From positions 3,872,001 through 3,936,000 of the forward strand of contig CAVUSO010000001.1 in NCBI GenBank assembly GCA_963744145.1: a stretch of DNA of 64,000 nucleotides, read 5' to 3'. The stretch is from an uncultured cyanobacterium (GTDB lineage: Bacteria > Cyanobacteriota > Cyanobacteriia > Cyanobacteriales > CAWUOF01). The position numbers and the translations under genes are program-made. The first letter of the stretch is position 1; the number at the start of each line of letters is the position of its first letter. Under the pieces are notes generated by a model that was not told the DNA's origin, did no database searches, and saw only the letters and a program-made list of their open reading frames with translations. This document shows, one piece after another, positions 8,488 to 19,110 of the stretch.

Positions 8488-8673
8488 AGGGAGACGCGAT
8501 AGTCGAACCGAGGGTTTAAACTGATCTACCTAACTTTACCGTCAATTGGTAAGTTTACCGCACTATGTTAAGTAATGTAACAATATTGCCATCAAAGAGG
8601 TTTAGCATCTTGACATCCAGAAGAAAAGACTCTATGGTAAAAGTCATACCCGGGTAAGCCAATTCAGAGTCAT

Positions 8674-9018
8674 ATGCAAGATAAGCAAAAAGTTACGTTA
8701 TATCTGCCGCCAGAACTGCATCGCCGACTCAAAATCCGAGCTGCGGTTGACTCAGAACCAATGTCTGTCATTGCCGAACGTGCGCTGAACTTCTATATGG
8801 AACATCCAGAAATAGTAGATGAAGCGAACACCGAGTACGGTAGAACCCATCGGGTTTACAATTGTCCGGAATGCGAAAGTGCAGTGGTAATGCGAGACGG
8901 AGAAATAGTTTCTCTAAGACATCAGCCTAGTGTTTTAGCCCAGACAGAGGGGCTTCCTGTAGAAAAAGTACATTCGAGTACGGATCAACAGGGAGAGGAA
9001 GCCTTAGTTCCTTGCTAA
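8674..9018 (+). CDS. ribbon-helix-helix domain protein (Slr0373-like)
   Basis: KQKVTLYLPPELHRRLKIRAA RHH motif plus CPEC; first gene of the ycf46-ycf35 operon. Confidence 0.85.
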   Translation: MQDKQKVTLYLPPELHRRLKIRAAVDSEPMSVIAERALNFYMEHPEIVDEANTEYGRTHRVYNCPECESAVVMRDGEIVSLRHQPSVLAQTEGLPVEKVHSSTDQQGEEALVPC

Positions 9019-9125
9019 AGTTTCGACCCTTGTAAAAAAGCGATCGCGCTTATGTGTTCAGCACTAAAGGCTGGGGGCATAAAGATCAGGCAAAGTTTGC
9101 ACCCGTTCTAATTAGGTTAATGGTC

Positions 9126-10634
9126 ATGAAAGAAGAGCTCAACATCTTAATTCAAGCTCAATATCCAATGATCTACCTGGTAACCTCCGAAGAAGAGCGA
9201 GCCGAGCAGGCAATTGCAATAATTGCTCAGATCAAGCCCCAGCGAAGAGTTTTTATATGGACAGTCACCCATGGGATTGTGGAGTTTGGTCAACCGCGGA
9301 ATGTGACCCAACATAACACCGTATCGCCAGAAGCAGCGATCGAGTGGGTGATCAGACAGCGCGAACCAGGAATATTTATATTTAAGGATTTACATCCCTT
9401 TATTGATTCACCAGCCACCACCAGATGGTTAAGAGATGCGATCGCCAGTTTTAAAGGGATGCAGAAAGCAATTTTGCTGATGTCCCCCTTACAACAAATT
9501 CCGATCGAATTGGAAAAAGAAGTAATCGTTCTCGATTTTCCGCTCCCCACGATGGCAGAACTAAATCAAGTGCTCAACCAGCAGTTAGAAAGCATCAAAA
9601 CCCGAAGAATAAACACAGAGACGCGGGAAAAACTGCTCAAAGCCGCATTAGGGTTAACCAGAGATGAAGCGGAAAAAGTTTATCGTAAAGCCCAATGTAG
9701 TGCTGGACGTTTAACCGAAGCCGAAGTAGATATAGTGCTATCGGAGAAAAAACAACTAATCCGGCGGAATGGGATTTTAGAATATATCGAGGAAGATGAA
9801 ACCATCGATTCAATTGGGGGATTGGAAGAGTTAAAACGCTGGCTGAAACAACGTTCCAATGCTTTTACTGAAAGAGCGCGAGAATATGGTTTACCGCAAC
9901 CGAAAGGAATGTTAATCTTAGGTGTGCCAGGCTGTGGTAAGTCCTTAATTGCCAAAACAACAGCCCGTCTCTGGGGTCTACCACTATTAAGGTTAGACAT
10001 GGGGCGCGTCTATGATGGGTCGATGGTAGGTCGCTCTGAAGCTAACTTACGCAACGCTCTGAAAACCGCCGAATCGATCTCACCAGCGATTTTATTCATC
10101 GATGAATTAGATAAAGCCTTTGCGGGAACTAGCGGTTCAGCAGACTCGGATGGTGGAACATCCAGCCGGATCTTTGGTTCATTTCTCACCTGGATGCAAG
10201 AAAAAACCTCTCCTGTATTTGTGATGGCTACAGCTAATCGGGTGGAACGGTTACCAGGAGAATTTTTACGGAAAGGTCGTTTTGATGAACTGTTTTTTGT
10301 AGATTTACCCACTAAGGAAGAACGTCAGGAAATCTTTAAGATTCACCTCTCCAAGAGAAGAAGAGAGATAGAACGTTTCGATATCGAGCAATTAGCTATA
10401 GTTTCCGAAGGTTTTTCTGGGGCAGAAATCGAGCAAGCGTTAATCGCCGCGATGTATGACGCTTTTGCCCAAGATCGGGAATTTACCCAATTAGATATTA
10501 TTGCCGCGATTAAGTCAACCCTGCCGCTGTCAAAGACAATGACAGAACAAGTAACCGCCCTGCGAGATTGGGCGCGGCAAAGGGCCAGACCCGCAGCCTC
10601 CGCGATCGCTGAATATCAGCGAATGGAGTTCTAA
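9126..10634 (+). CDS. ycf46: Ycf46 AAA-family ATPase
   Basis: Walker A GVPGCGKS, Walker B LFIDELDK, LRKGRFDE; likely start MKEELNILI at 9126. Confidence 0.92.
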   Translation: MKEELNILIQAQYPMIYLVTSEEERAEQAIAIIAQIKPQRRVFIWTVTHGIVEFGQPRNVTQHNTVSPEAAIEWVIRQREPGIFIFKDLHPFIDSPATTRWLRDAIASFKGMQKAILLMSPLQQIPIELEKEVIVLDFPLPTMAELNQVLNQQLESIKTRRINTETREKLLKAALGLTRDEAEKVYRKAQCSAGRLTEAEVDIVLSEKKQLIRRNGILEYIEEDETIDSIGGLEELKRWLKQRSNAFTERAREYGLPQPKGMLILGVPGCGKSLIAKTTARLWGLPLLRLDMGRVYDGSMVGRSEANLRNALKTAESISPAILFIDELDKAFAGTSGSADSDGGTSSRIFGSFLTWMQEKTSPVFVMATANRVERLPGEFLRKGRFDELFFVDLPTKEERQEIFKIHLSKRRREIERFDIEQLAIVSEGFSGAEIEQALIAAMYDAFAQDREFTQLDIIAAIKSTLPLSKTMTEQVTALRDWARQRARPAASAIAEYQRMEF

Positions 10635-10786
10635 AAGCTTTCTCCTGCTCCCAACAGGAGGAAAGGCTAGCAAGTCAAAATTGCTAGCAGAATGAAAAAA
10701 GCCGCTCTCTTCCCTTAAATCAAGCGGCTTGCTGAAAAAACCAAAACGTTGTTGTTTCTCTCTATTTTCTACAGGAGTAAATCCCC

Positions 10787-11140
10787 ATGTCTCACTTTAG
10801 CACTTTACGCACCAAAATCACCGACGCCGAAATCCTCAAAGCTTCTCTCCGCGACCTGGGTATCAACGTGAAAACAGAAGCAGATGTTCGTGGCTACAAT
10901 GGTCAGCGTGTTCGTTCCGATATCGTTGCGATCTTAGATGGCGAATATGATTTAGGCTGGTCTCGCAATAGCGATGGTTCCTTCGATCTAATTGCTGACC
11001 TCTGGGGTGTTGCCAAAAAACACAATCAAACTGAACTAATTAATTCCATCAATCAAAAATACGCAGTCAACAAGACTTTGGCAGAAGTCCGTCGTCCTGG
11101 TTTACAAAATGCCAACGTCAAATTGGTTCTCCAAAATTAA
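10787..11140 (+). CDS. ycf35: DUF1257/Ycf35 family protein
   Basis: MSHFSTLRTKI...FDLIADLW...INQKYA. Confidence 0.92.
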   Translation: MSHFSTLRTKITDAEILKASLRDLGINVKTEADVRGYNGQRVRSDIVAILDGEYDLGWSRNSDGSFDLIADLWGVAKKHNQTELINSINQKYAVNKTLAEVRRPGLQNANVKLVLQN

Positions 11141-11164
11141 TCTTTCTGCGCGTTCCCAAGCTCG

Positions 11165-11197
11165 CGGGTTAACCAAATACGGGTTAACCCGTTTTTT
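11165..11197 (+). terminator. rho-independent terminator of the ycf46 operon
   Basis: cgggttaacc/ggttaacccg stem followed by tttttt. Confidence 0.8.
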
Positions 11198-11253
11198 ATT
11201 GAGATTTTGGAGCAGAACTCCATTTATGATTGATTGTGTATTAATTAATTATT

Positions 11254-12111
11254 ATGAAGAATTTTACACCGACACAAGAGCAAAAAATTCGCGCCTTGCT
11301 CAGAGATTGTGGCCAACAAGCCGAGCAGTTTGCTAGTCAAAAATTTCAGATTTACACCAAGGGTCCTGATGATTTTGTGACTAGTGTAGATCGCTTGTTA
11401 GATCGTCAACTCACTGCGGGATTTGCAGATTTGTTTCCTGAAGATGGGACAATTACGGAAGAAAATGAATCATCGCGTTTGGCTTTCCATGCTGGTTATG
11501 ACCGATTATGGTGTATTGATCCGCTAGATGGCACAGATGATTTTATTCAGGGTAAACCTGATTATTCCGTGATGGTTGGTTTACTTTGTGGGCGTCAACC
11601 AGTAGCAGGTTGGCTCTATGCTCCTGTCCAAAATCAGCTTTATTATGGTGGTCGTGACTGGGGATTGTTCCAAACTCAAGCCGATGAACCATCAACAGTT
11701 TTAGTACCAGTACAACCAATTTCACCTTCTCGGTCTTTTTGTCCGGTGATGTTGGGATATAAAGATCAACAAAATTTTGGCTCAGCGATCGCTGAGGTGA
11801 TTCCTGGAGCCCAGTTTTATAGTATTGGGAGCTTTGGATTAAAAGTAATTGAAGTGATTATGGGTCGGGTTGGTCTGTATCTATATCTCAATGGTCGGGT
11901 AAAACTGTGGGATACGGTGGGACCATTAGCCCTAGCCCTAGCGGCTGGTTTAACTTGTTGTGATTTAGATGGTAAACCACTTAGTTTTGAAAATGATGCG
12001 ATTAATCCTGTAACTTTAGCTCATGAGCAATCAATTGTGATTGGGTGGCCAGAATATGTGGCTGAGTTACGCCCAAAAATTCAACCAGCGATCGCCAACA
12101 TGAGATCATAG
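11254..12111 (+). CDS. inositol monophosphatase / CysQ family protein
   Basis: DFVTSVD, TEE, WCIDPLDGT, WD motifs. Confidence 0.9.
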   Translation: MKNFTPTQEQKIRALLRDCGQQAEQFASQKFQIYTKGPDDFVTSVDRLLDRQLTAGFADLFPEDGTITEENESSRLAFHAGYDRLWCIDPLDGTDDFIQGKPDYSVMVGLLCGRQPVAGWLYAPVQNQLYYGGRDWGLFQTQADEPSTVLVPVQPISPSRSFCPVMLGYKDQQNFGSAIAEVIPGAQFYSIGSFGLKVIEVIMGRVGLYLYLNGRVKLWDTVGPLALALAAGLTCCDLDGKPLSFENDAINPVTLAHEQSIVIGWPEYVAELRPKIQPAIANMRS

Positions 12112-12197
12112 AAACAGCCCGACAGAAAAATACCAGAGATTGGTTAAGCGGCTGTCGGTAAACTGGTGTTGGTAAACACAATGATTAGAGATTTTTT

Positions 12198-13787
12198 ATG
12201 AATGCTACTGCGCTCTGGGAACGCTATCAAGATTGGCTGTACTATCACCAAGGGCTAGGATTTTATGTAGATATTAGTCGGATGCGTTTTGACGATAATT
12301 ATTTTTCGGCTCTGTCAGTAAAATTTGCCCAGGCTTTTCGGAATATGTCAGCTTTGGAAGCAGGTGCGATCGCTAATCCAGATGAAAATCGGATGGTTGG
12401 TCATTATTGGTTACGCAACCCTGATTTAGCTCCCAATTCCGAATATAAACAAGAGATTGTGGAAACTCTCCATCAAATTGAAGATTTTGCCCAGAAAGTT
12501 CATCAGGGAGTAATTCGTCCACCTCATGCAACCAAGTTTACTGATATCCTGTCAATTGGGATTGGTGGTTCAGCTTTAGGACCAGAATTTGTCGCTGAAG
12601 CGATCGCCCCGGAAAATCCACCTTTAGCGATTCATTTTTTGGATAATACTGATCCGGCTGGGATTGACCGAGTTTTACATCAGATTCAAGATCGATTGTC
12701 TAGCACCATTGTATTAGTAATTTCTAAATCAGGAGGGACTCCAGAAACTCGCAATGGCATGATTGAAGTGCAAACTGCTTATCGCGATCGCCACTTAGAT
12801 TTTGCCAAACACGCAGTAGCAATTACAGGGATTAACAGCAATTTAGATCAACTAGCTAAATCTAATGGGTGGATTGCTACTTTTCCGATGCACGACTGGG
12901 TTGGGGGTAGAACATCCGAACTTTCTGCGGTGGGATTATTACCAGCTGCATTGCAAGGAATTGATATTCGGGCCATGTTAGCAGGTGCGAAGGAAATGGA
13001 TGATGTGACTCGCTTACAGCAAATTAAAGGTAATCCAGCCGCTCTGTTAGCTTTAGCTTGGTATTCAGGATGTAACGGACGTGGCGACAAGGATATGGTA
13101 ATTTTACCTTACAAAGATAGTTTACTCCTTTTTAGTCGCTATCTCCAACAATTAGTAATGGAATCCCTGGGCAAAGAAAAAGATTTAGATGGCAAGATCG
13201 TACATCAAGGTATTGCTGTTTATGGGAATAAAGGTTCAACGGATCAACACGCTTATGTCCAACAATTGCGTGAGGGTGTTCCCAATTTCTTTATGACTTT
13301 TATTGAAGTTTTAGAAGATCGTCAAGGTCCTTCAACCGAAGTAGAACCAGGGATTACCTCCGGAGATTATCTATCGGGATTATTACAAGGTACAAGAGCA
13401 GCACTTTATGAAAATCAACGGGATTCCATCACAGTTACTATTCCCCAAGTTAATCCACGGACAATAGGTGCTTTAATTGCTCTTTATGAACGAGCAGTTG
13501 GTTTATACGGTTTTCTAGTTAATATTAATGCTTATCATCAACCTGGGGTAGAAGCAGGTAAAAAAGCAGCAGCAGCAGTTTTAGAATGGCAAAAACGCAT
13601 TCTTCAAGTTCTGCAACAAGCAGGAAAACCTCTGACTATAAAGGAATTGGCTGAACAAGCAGGAGCTCCTGAACAAATTGAGGTTATTTACAAAATCTTG
13701 CGACATTTATCTGCTAATAAACGCAGTGTGATTTTAACGGGTGATTTAGGACAACCTGCTAGTTTAATTGTTAACCTATTGCGATAG
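12198..13787 (+). CDS. pgi: glucose-6-phosphate isomerase
   Basis: [46 protein letters not shown]. Confidence 0.97.
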   Translation: MNATALWERYQDWLYYHQGLGFYVDISRMRFDDNYFSALSVKFAQAFRNMSALEAGAIANPDENRMVGHYWLRNPDLAPNSEYKQEIVETLHQIEDFAQKVHQGVIRPPHATKFTDILSIGIGGSALGPEFVAEAIAPENPPLAIHFLDNTDPAGIDRVLHQIQDRLSSTIVLVISKSGGTPETRNGMIEVQTAYRDRHLDFAKHAVAITGINSNLDQLAKSNGWIATFPMHDWVGGRTSELSAVGLLPAALQGIDIRAMLAGAKEMDDVTRLQQIKGNPAALLALAWYSGCNGRGDKDMVILPYKDSLLLFSRYLQQLVMESLGKEKDLDGKIVHQGIAVYGNKGSTDQHAYVQQLREGVPNFFMTFIEVLEDRQGPSTEVEPGITSGDYLSGLLQGTRAALYENQRDSITVTIPQVNPRTIGALIALYERAVGLYGFLVNINAYHQPGVEAGKKAAAAVLEWQKRILQVLQQAGKPLTIKELAEQAGAPEQIEVIYKILRHLSANKRSVILTGDLGQPASLIVNLLR

Positions 13788-14005
13788 GTAAATGATTGAT
13801 CATGGGTAATTAATATTACCCATTGATCAAAAAATTGGTAATGGGTGCCGATGGTGGGAGCATTGCATCTGAAGCCATTGGATGATTGAGGATTAGGGGA
13901 CTCGCATTCCCTACTACAAACTTATTAAACATCAAGCTGATCAATCTCAAATTGCTATACTTAAATTAAGCATCTCGTCATTCCTGTTGTGGATCGCTAA
14001 GAACT

Positions 14006-14824
14006 ATGGTCCAAAGTCTTGACCCTACTATATTACCCCCTCCTTTTCCCGATCATACCCAATTACCTGAATCCGACGGCACCTTCGTGAAAAACTTTCA
14101 AGAACATCCCCAATGTATCTTGCTGACTGACTCTTTGGAAACTACACTGCAAAATCTTCATCCAGATGGTCAATATGCGATCGGACAAGATAGTGGGATT
14201 TATTGGAGAGAAACAGATCCTCCGGAACGGGGAGCGGAAGCACCGGATTGGTTCTATGTTCCTAACGTTCCACCCCTATTAGACGGTCAAGTTCGTCGTT
14301 CTTATGTATTATGGCGCGAATATAGTGTGCCCTTAATTGCGATCGAATTAGCGAGTGGAAATGGTGCAGAAGAACGAGACAATACTCCCCTATCTCGTTC
14401 TTCTGAAAGGAGCAATCAGAAACCCGGTAAGTTTTGGGTATATGAGCAGATTATTCGGATTCCTTACTATGCCATATATATCATCAAAACCAGGGAATTA
14501 GAAGTTTATAACTGGGTGAATATTCACTATCACCGTTTGCAACCAAATGAGCGCGGACATTACCCGATTGATCGGATGGGAGTAGAATTAGGTGTGTGGG
14601 AAGGTAGCTATCAAAATCAGACTAATCACTGGTTACGTTGGTGGGATAGTCAAGGTAATCTGTTGCTCACTGGTAGTGAACAGGCTAAACTGGAACGTCT
14701 TCATACTGAACAGGAACGTCAACGGGCTGATGCTGAAACAGTACGGGCTGATCGAGAACAGCAACAGAAAGAACGATTAGCTGCTTATTTGCGATCGCAA
14801 GGAATCGATCCGGATTTAATTTGA
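14006..14824 (+). CDS. Uma2 family (DUF820) endonuclease
   Basis: PDHTQLPESDGTFVKNFQEHPQ, APDWFYVP, WLRWWD. Confidence 0.9.
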   Translation: MVQSLDPTILPPPFPDHTQLPESDGTFVKNFQEHPQCILLTDSLETTLQNLHPDGQYAIGQDSGIYWRETDPPERGAEAPDWFYVPNVPPLLDGQVRRSYVLWREYSVPLIAIELASGNGAEERDNTPLSRSSERSNQKPGKFWVYEQIIRIPYYAIYIIKTRELEVYNWVNIHYHRLQPNERGHYPIDRMGVELGVWEGSYQNQTNHWLRWWDSQGNLLLTGSEQAKLERLHTEQERQRADAETVRADREQQQKERLAAYLRSQGIDPDLI

Positions 14825-14862
14825 GCTAACGCGACCTACAATAATATTTGTTTCTTTGGTGG

Positions 14863-14900
14863 TAATGTTCATGGGTAATATTAATTACCCATGAACATTA
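14863..14900. repeat. 17-bp-arm palindrome between convergent genes (REP-like, possible bidirectional terminator)
   Basis: taatgttcatgggtaat-atta-attacccatgaacatta; related ATGGGTAA/TTACCCAT palindromes near 13800 and 46645. Confidence 0.6.
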
Positions 14901-14940
14901 AATAGATATTAGCCACTCTATTTACCAGCTCTACCTGTTG

Positions 14941-16950
14941 CTATCTTTTAGCTTCGTCAAACTGACGTTGTTCAGTTAAGCTGATCGCTTTTTCCTGATA
15001 AACAGCAAGATTAAACCAGAAGGTTGTCCCCACACCGATTTCACTGATAATATGGACTGAACTGTGATGTTTTTCGACAATATTTTTCACGATCGATAAA
15101 CCCAATCCTGTTCCTTCTAAAGTATGCACTCGGTTTTCGACTCGGAAAAAGCGATCGAAAATAGCTTCTTGATCTTCTGGTGCAATTCCAATCCCCGTAT
15201 CTGCAACTTCAATTCGGACTAAGTTCGGTTGCGCGATCGCTGGTGCTGATAAAGAATCAGTAGAATTACTTTCCTGTCCATCTGAGATTGGTGGGGATTC
15301 TAACAAATAAGCTCGGATTGTTACCTTTCCACCTGGGGGAGTAAATTTAAGTGCATTACCGACTAAATTCATTAACACTTGCAACAATAAATCATAATGA
15401 CCCCAAACCGTAGGTAAATTTGGAGAAATTTCTTGGCTTAATTCAATTCCCTTATCTTTAGCATTTAATTGATAAGTCCGCAATGTTTGCTCAATTGGTT
15501 GAACCAAATCGACCGCATCAAAATAATAAACTCGACAGGATTCTAGACGGGATAAATCTAAAACATCATTCACTAAGCGAGTCAGACGATCGGTTTCGCG
15601 ATTTGCAGTTTCTAAAAACTCTTTACGTTCATTTTCACTGAGTTCTTCACCATATTCATGCAAAGTTTCTATAAAAGATTTAATATTAAATAAAGGTGTC
15701 CTTAATTCATGGGATACATTGCTAATAAACTGACTTTTTGCCTCATTTAGTTCCACCTCACGGGTAATATCTTGGACGGTCATTCCAATTCCTTTCACAT
15801 TTTCTCGATATTGATCAAATACAGTGGTTAAAAGAATCCTAACTGTCCGGTTTATCGGTGCAGAAAGCGTAATTCTGTATTCTCCTCCTTCTCGAGGTGC
15901 AAGACTATCCCGGAGTACATCTCCTGATGCCATTTTATATAGGGGTCTTGTCAATTCTACTTGTACTGTTTGGGGCAAATGATATAATACATTCTCCCCT
16001 ACTACTTCTTTCCCTTCCCAATTAAAAAGTCGTCTGGCTGTGGGATTAACTAAAACTATGTGCATATTGGTATCAAGCAAGACTGCACCATCAGCAATAG
16101 TCGAAACTAAGGTTTCCAATTTAGCTTTTTCTGCTGTTAATTCTTCAATATTTTGTTCTTCGTAACTTTCTAATCTTTGGGCCATTTCATTAAAACTAAA
16201 AATTAATTCCCCCAGTTCTCCTCCTAAAGGTAAGTCTATGCGTTGTTTAAAGTTACCAGTAGCGATATTTTTGACACCAACGAGTAATTCTTTAATTGGT
16301 TGAGTAATCATTAAAGCATTAGAAACCGCACCTAAAATTACCATTACCCAAATCGAAACAAAAACGGCAATAGTCACATCTCGAGTTAAATGAGATGAGG
16401 TTACTACGGTCGGATTAGGGTTAATTCCGATCGCCAGAATACCTAGATATTTACTTTCATGTACAAGGGGGATAAAAACATCTGTAACTTCTCCATCTGG
16501 TGTGAGATGTTGTCGTACCATTGGCAATTCTGAATAGATCCCAAAATTTTCAGGTACTTGAATTCTGCGTCGAATGGTCAGAGAGTTTTGCACTTCTGAT
16601 TCCGAAAAAGGTATTCCTAAAAAAATATTTCCATCTTCATCAGCATAAAGGATATAACGCACGCTGGAAGTGGTACTGTAAAACTGATGAGAAAAACGAG
16701 CAACCTCAGTCCGATTTCCTTGGGCAATTAAGGGGGCAACATTAGCCGCCAGTAAAAGTCCCAGGTCACGACCAAAGCGAGTATCACTTAAACGAGCATC
16801 CTGCTGGATCGTATTTACTGCCCAAAATGTCAGTCCGCTCATTACTAAAGATACTACCAGAGTTGCTGCCGCCATCAGTCTGGTTTGCAGGGTAAACTCA
16901 GACCACCAACGGGCAATTATTTCTTTAAGAGTGGTGAGAATGGTTAACAA
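14941..16950 (-). CDS. nblS: sensor histidine kinase NblS/Hik33/DspA
   Basis: WWSEFTLQTRLMAAATL N-terminus, [34 protein letters not shown]. Confidence 0.95.
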   Translation of the reverse strand: MLTILTTLKEIIARWWSEFTLQTRLMAAATLVVSLVMSGLTFWAVNTIQQDARLSDTRFGRDLGLLLAANVAPLIAQGNRTEVARFSHQFYSTTSSVRYILYADEDGNIFLGIPFSESEVQNSLTIRRRIQVPENFGIYSELPMVRQHLTPDGEVTDVFIPLVHESKYLGILAIGINPNPTVVTSSHLTRDVTIAVFVSIWVMVILGAVSNALMITQPIKELLVGVKNIATGNFKQRIDLPLGGELGELIFSFNEMAQRLESYEEQNIEELTAEKAKLETLVSTIADGAVLLDTNMHIVLVNPTARRLFNWEGKEVVGENVLYHLPQTVQVELTRPLYKMASGDVLRDSLAPREGGEYRITLSAPINRTVRILLTTVFDQYRENVKGIGMTVQDITREVELNEAKSQFISNVSHELRTPLFNIKSFIETLHEYGEELSENERKEFLETANRETDRLTRLVNDVLDLSRLESCRVYYFDAVDLVQPIEQTLRTYQLNAKDKGIELSQEISPNLPTVWGHYDLLLQVLMNLVGNALKFTPPGGKVTIRAYLLESPPISDGQESNSTDSLSAPAIAQPNLVRIEVADTGIGIAPEDQEAIFDRFFRVENRVHTLEGTGLGLSIVKNIVEKHHSSVHIISEIGVGTTFWFNLAVYQEKAISLTEQRQFDEAKR

Positions 16951-17026
16951 GGTTTTATATCCGCTAATTTTTATTATTCTATTGTGACATATATGTCTCT
17001 TAAGTAGTTAGTCCATTACCAATTTG

Positions 17027-19003
17027 CTAAACGGGGATTTGAATCACAAACTCACATCCTTCCCCTGGTGAAGAAATACAGGTTAGCTTTCCTTGATGTT
17101 TATCTTCGATGATTTGTCGTGAAATCGATAATCCTAATCCCGTTCCTTTACCTACTTCTTTGGTGGTAAATAAATAATCAAATATTTTTCCCTGTAATTC
17201 TTTGGAAATCCCCATCCCATTATCCTTAATCCTAATTTCTACCCAATTCTCATCGGTTAATAACTTAGTCTCAATTATAATTTGATTAGGTTCTTTTTCG
17301 ATTTCTTCAAAACTTTTAGCATTGTTTGAGTCATCTAAAGCATCGATACCATTAGCAATAATATTAATAAATACTTGATTTAATTGTCCGGGAAAACATT
17401 TAACTTTTGGCAGAAGACCATAATTTTTAATAATTGCGATCGCTGGGCGATTTTCATTAGCTTTTAATCGATGTTTTAAAATCATCATTGTACTTTCGAG
17501 TCCTTCATGAATATCAAAAGGGATTTTCTCATCTAAATCTGCTCTAAAAAAAGTCCGGAGACTCTTACTAATATCACGAATTCGGTCTGTGCCAATTTTT
17601 AATGAATTAATGATATTCGGTAAATCTATCATTAAAAAATCTACATCGATATTTTCTGCATTTGCTTCAATTTCTGCATCGGTATTGCCAAACTTTTTTT
17701 GATAAATTTGTAAGTGGTTAATTAGTTGATTAACATATTCTTGAGCATGGTCAATATTAATCACAATGAAATTTACTGGATTATTAATTTCATGGGCAAT
17801 TCCTGCTAACAATTGACCGATACTTGCCATTTTTTCACTTTGCATTAGTTGCATTTGGGTTTGCTGAAGTTCGTGAAAAGATTTTTGTAATTCCTCATTA
17901 TAATCTTGTAATTTTTCCTTAGCTTCAGCTAAGTTGTTATTTTGTTCATGAAGATTTCGTTCGATTCGACCTAAAAATAAGTAAAATAAAATCACTAAAA
18001 TTAACCCAATAACTAGAGAAGCTATAGATACGATTAAGATATATTGCTGGCTAGATTTGATTGTGTTAGTAATATCTTTTAACGCAATCACATTACCAAT
18101 TTGATGATTATTAATATCCATTAAAGGTAAAATAATTACTTGATTGATTTTACCATTAATATCAATTTCATCAATCATTTTATCTTGATTGCGAACAAAG
18201 AGCTGTCGTAAATTTTCAGGAATTACAGATATAGTTTTATCAATAACCACAAAATTAGCAAACTCATCCCAAACAGATTTGTTCCATTTTTGGCGATCGA
18301 GTAATTGCCGATCGACTACAACAACTAAATCCAGATCAAGAATTTGATTAATAGTATTGATTAAATCTGCAAAATCAATTCCAAACTCTAAATAGCCAAT
18401 TAATTTACTTTTCCAAGGACCGACAAATAAATCACTATCTGCTCTTTGAGCGTAGTCACTACGCCAAGGATAAATAGTGCGAATTACTAGACTTCCATTT
18501 TGTCTTAGTTCTAAACCAGCACTGGGTTTTCCAGTTTGTTCTGCTTGTTTCAAAGTTGCTCTGTTAATTAAATTTGATTTCTGATCAGTATGTAATCTAA
18601 TTAAGTTGATTAGATTAGGTTGGTAAAAAGAAAAGTGACTAATTTTTTTCTGTTGCTTTAATCTTTTATATAAAGGTTTTGCTCTGGTTATTAAGGTTTT
18701 TACATCTTTTGATTTTAAAGCATTGGTTAATATTGGATCACGGATAATGATATCCATAGCAGTATTCATAGTATCAATACTATCTTCAATCTCATGCTTT
18801 ACTAAAAAATTAACTTTTTGATTTGTCTCTTGTTTATCTTGAAAAATTCTTTCTTTCTCATTTTTAAAAAAAGCCAAAATAAATATACTTTGAATAATGC
18901 TAATTGCTAGGATTAAAGGTAATAAAATACGCAGTCTAATTCTTGGTTTTTTTGATATCTCTAAGAGAGGCTTTTTACGATTATTCGGATGAATGCTCAT
19001 CAT
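17027..19003 (-). CDS. membrane sensor histidine kinase with Cache-like periplasmic domain
   Basis: Two TM helices, AHEINNP H-box, NQVFINII, GKGTGLGL. Confidence 0.88.
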   Translation of the reverse strand: MMSIHPNNRKKPLLEISKKPRIRLRILLPLILAISIIQSIFILAFFKNEKERIFQDKQETNQKVNFLVKHEIEDSIDTMNTAMDIIIRDPILTNALKSKDVKTLITRAKPLYKRLKQQKKISHFSFYQPNLINLIRLHTDQKSNLINRATLKQAEQTGKPSAGLELRQNGSLVIRTIYPWRSDYAQRADSDLFVGPWKSKLIGYLEFGIDFADLINTINQILDLDLVVVVDRQLLDRQKWNKSVWDEFANFVVIDKTISVIPENLRQLFVRNQDKMIDEIDINGKINQVIILPLMDINNHQIGNVIALKDITNTIKSSQQYILIVSIASLVIGLILVILFYLFLGRIERNLHEQNNNLAEAKEKLQDYNEELQKSFHELQQTQMQLMQSEKMASIGQLLAGIAHEINNPVNFIVINIDHAQEYVNQLINHLQIYQKKFGNTDAEIEANAENIDVDFLMIDLPNIINSLKIGTDRIRDISKSLRTFFRADLDEKIPFDIHEGLESTMMILKHRLKANENRPAIAIIKNYGLLPKVKCFPGQLNQVFINIIANGIDALDDSNNAKSFEEIEKEPNQIIIETKLLTDENWVEIRIKDNGMGISKELQGKIFDYLFTTKEVGKGTGLGLSISRQIIEDKHQGKLTCISSPGEGCEFVIQIPV

Positions 19004-19110
19004 ATTTTCACTAATCCCAAGCAGTTGCTTGATTAATTAATAAATCTGATCAATTTACTAGCAGGGTTAAGCTAAGTAACTATGCTTAGTTATTTAGCTA
19101 TTTTTCGAGA

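Noticed and set aside
9290..13090. Antisense or overlapping ORFs over ycf46, ycf35, the IMPase gene and pgi
   Set aside because: Shadow frames of well-supported genes; the same applies to the short ORFs over hemE, petA, petC, Tic20, glyA, wecA, nirB-like and narB
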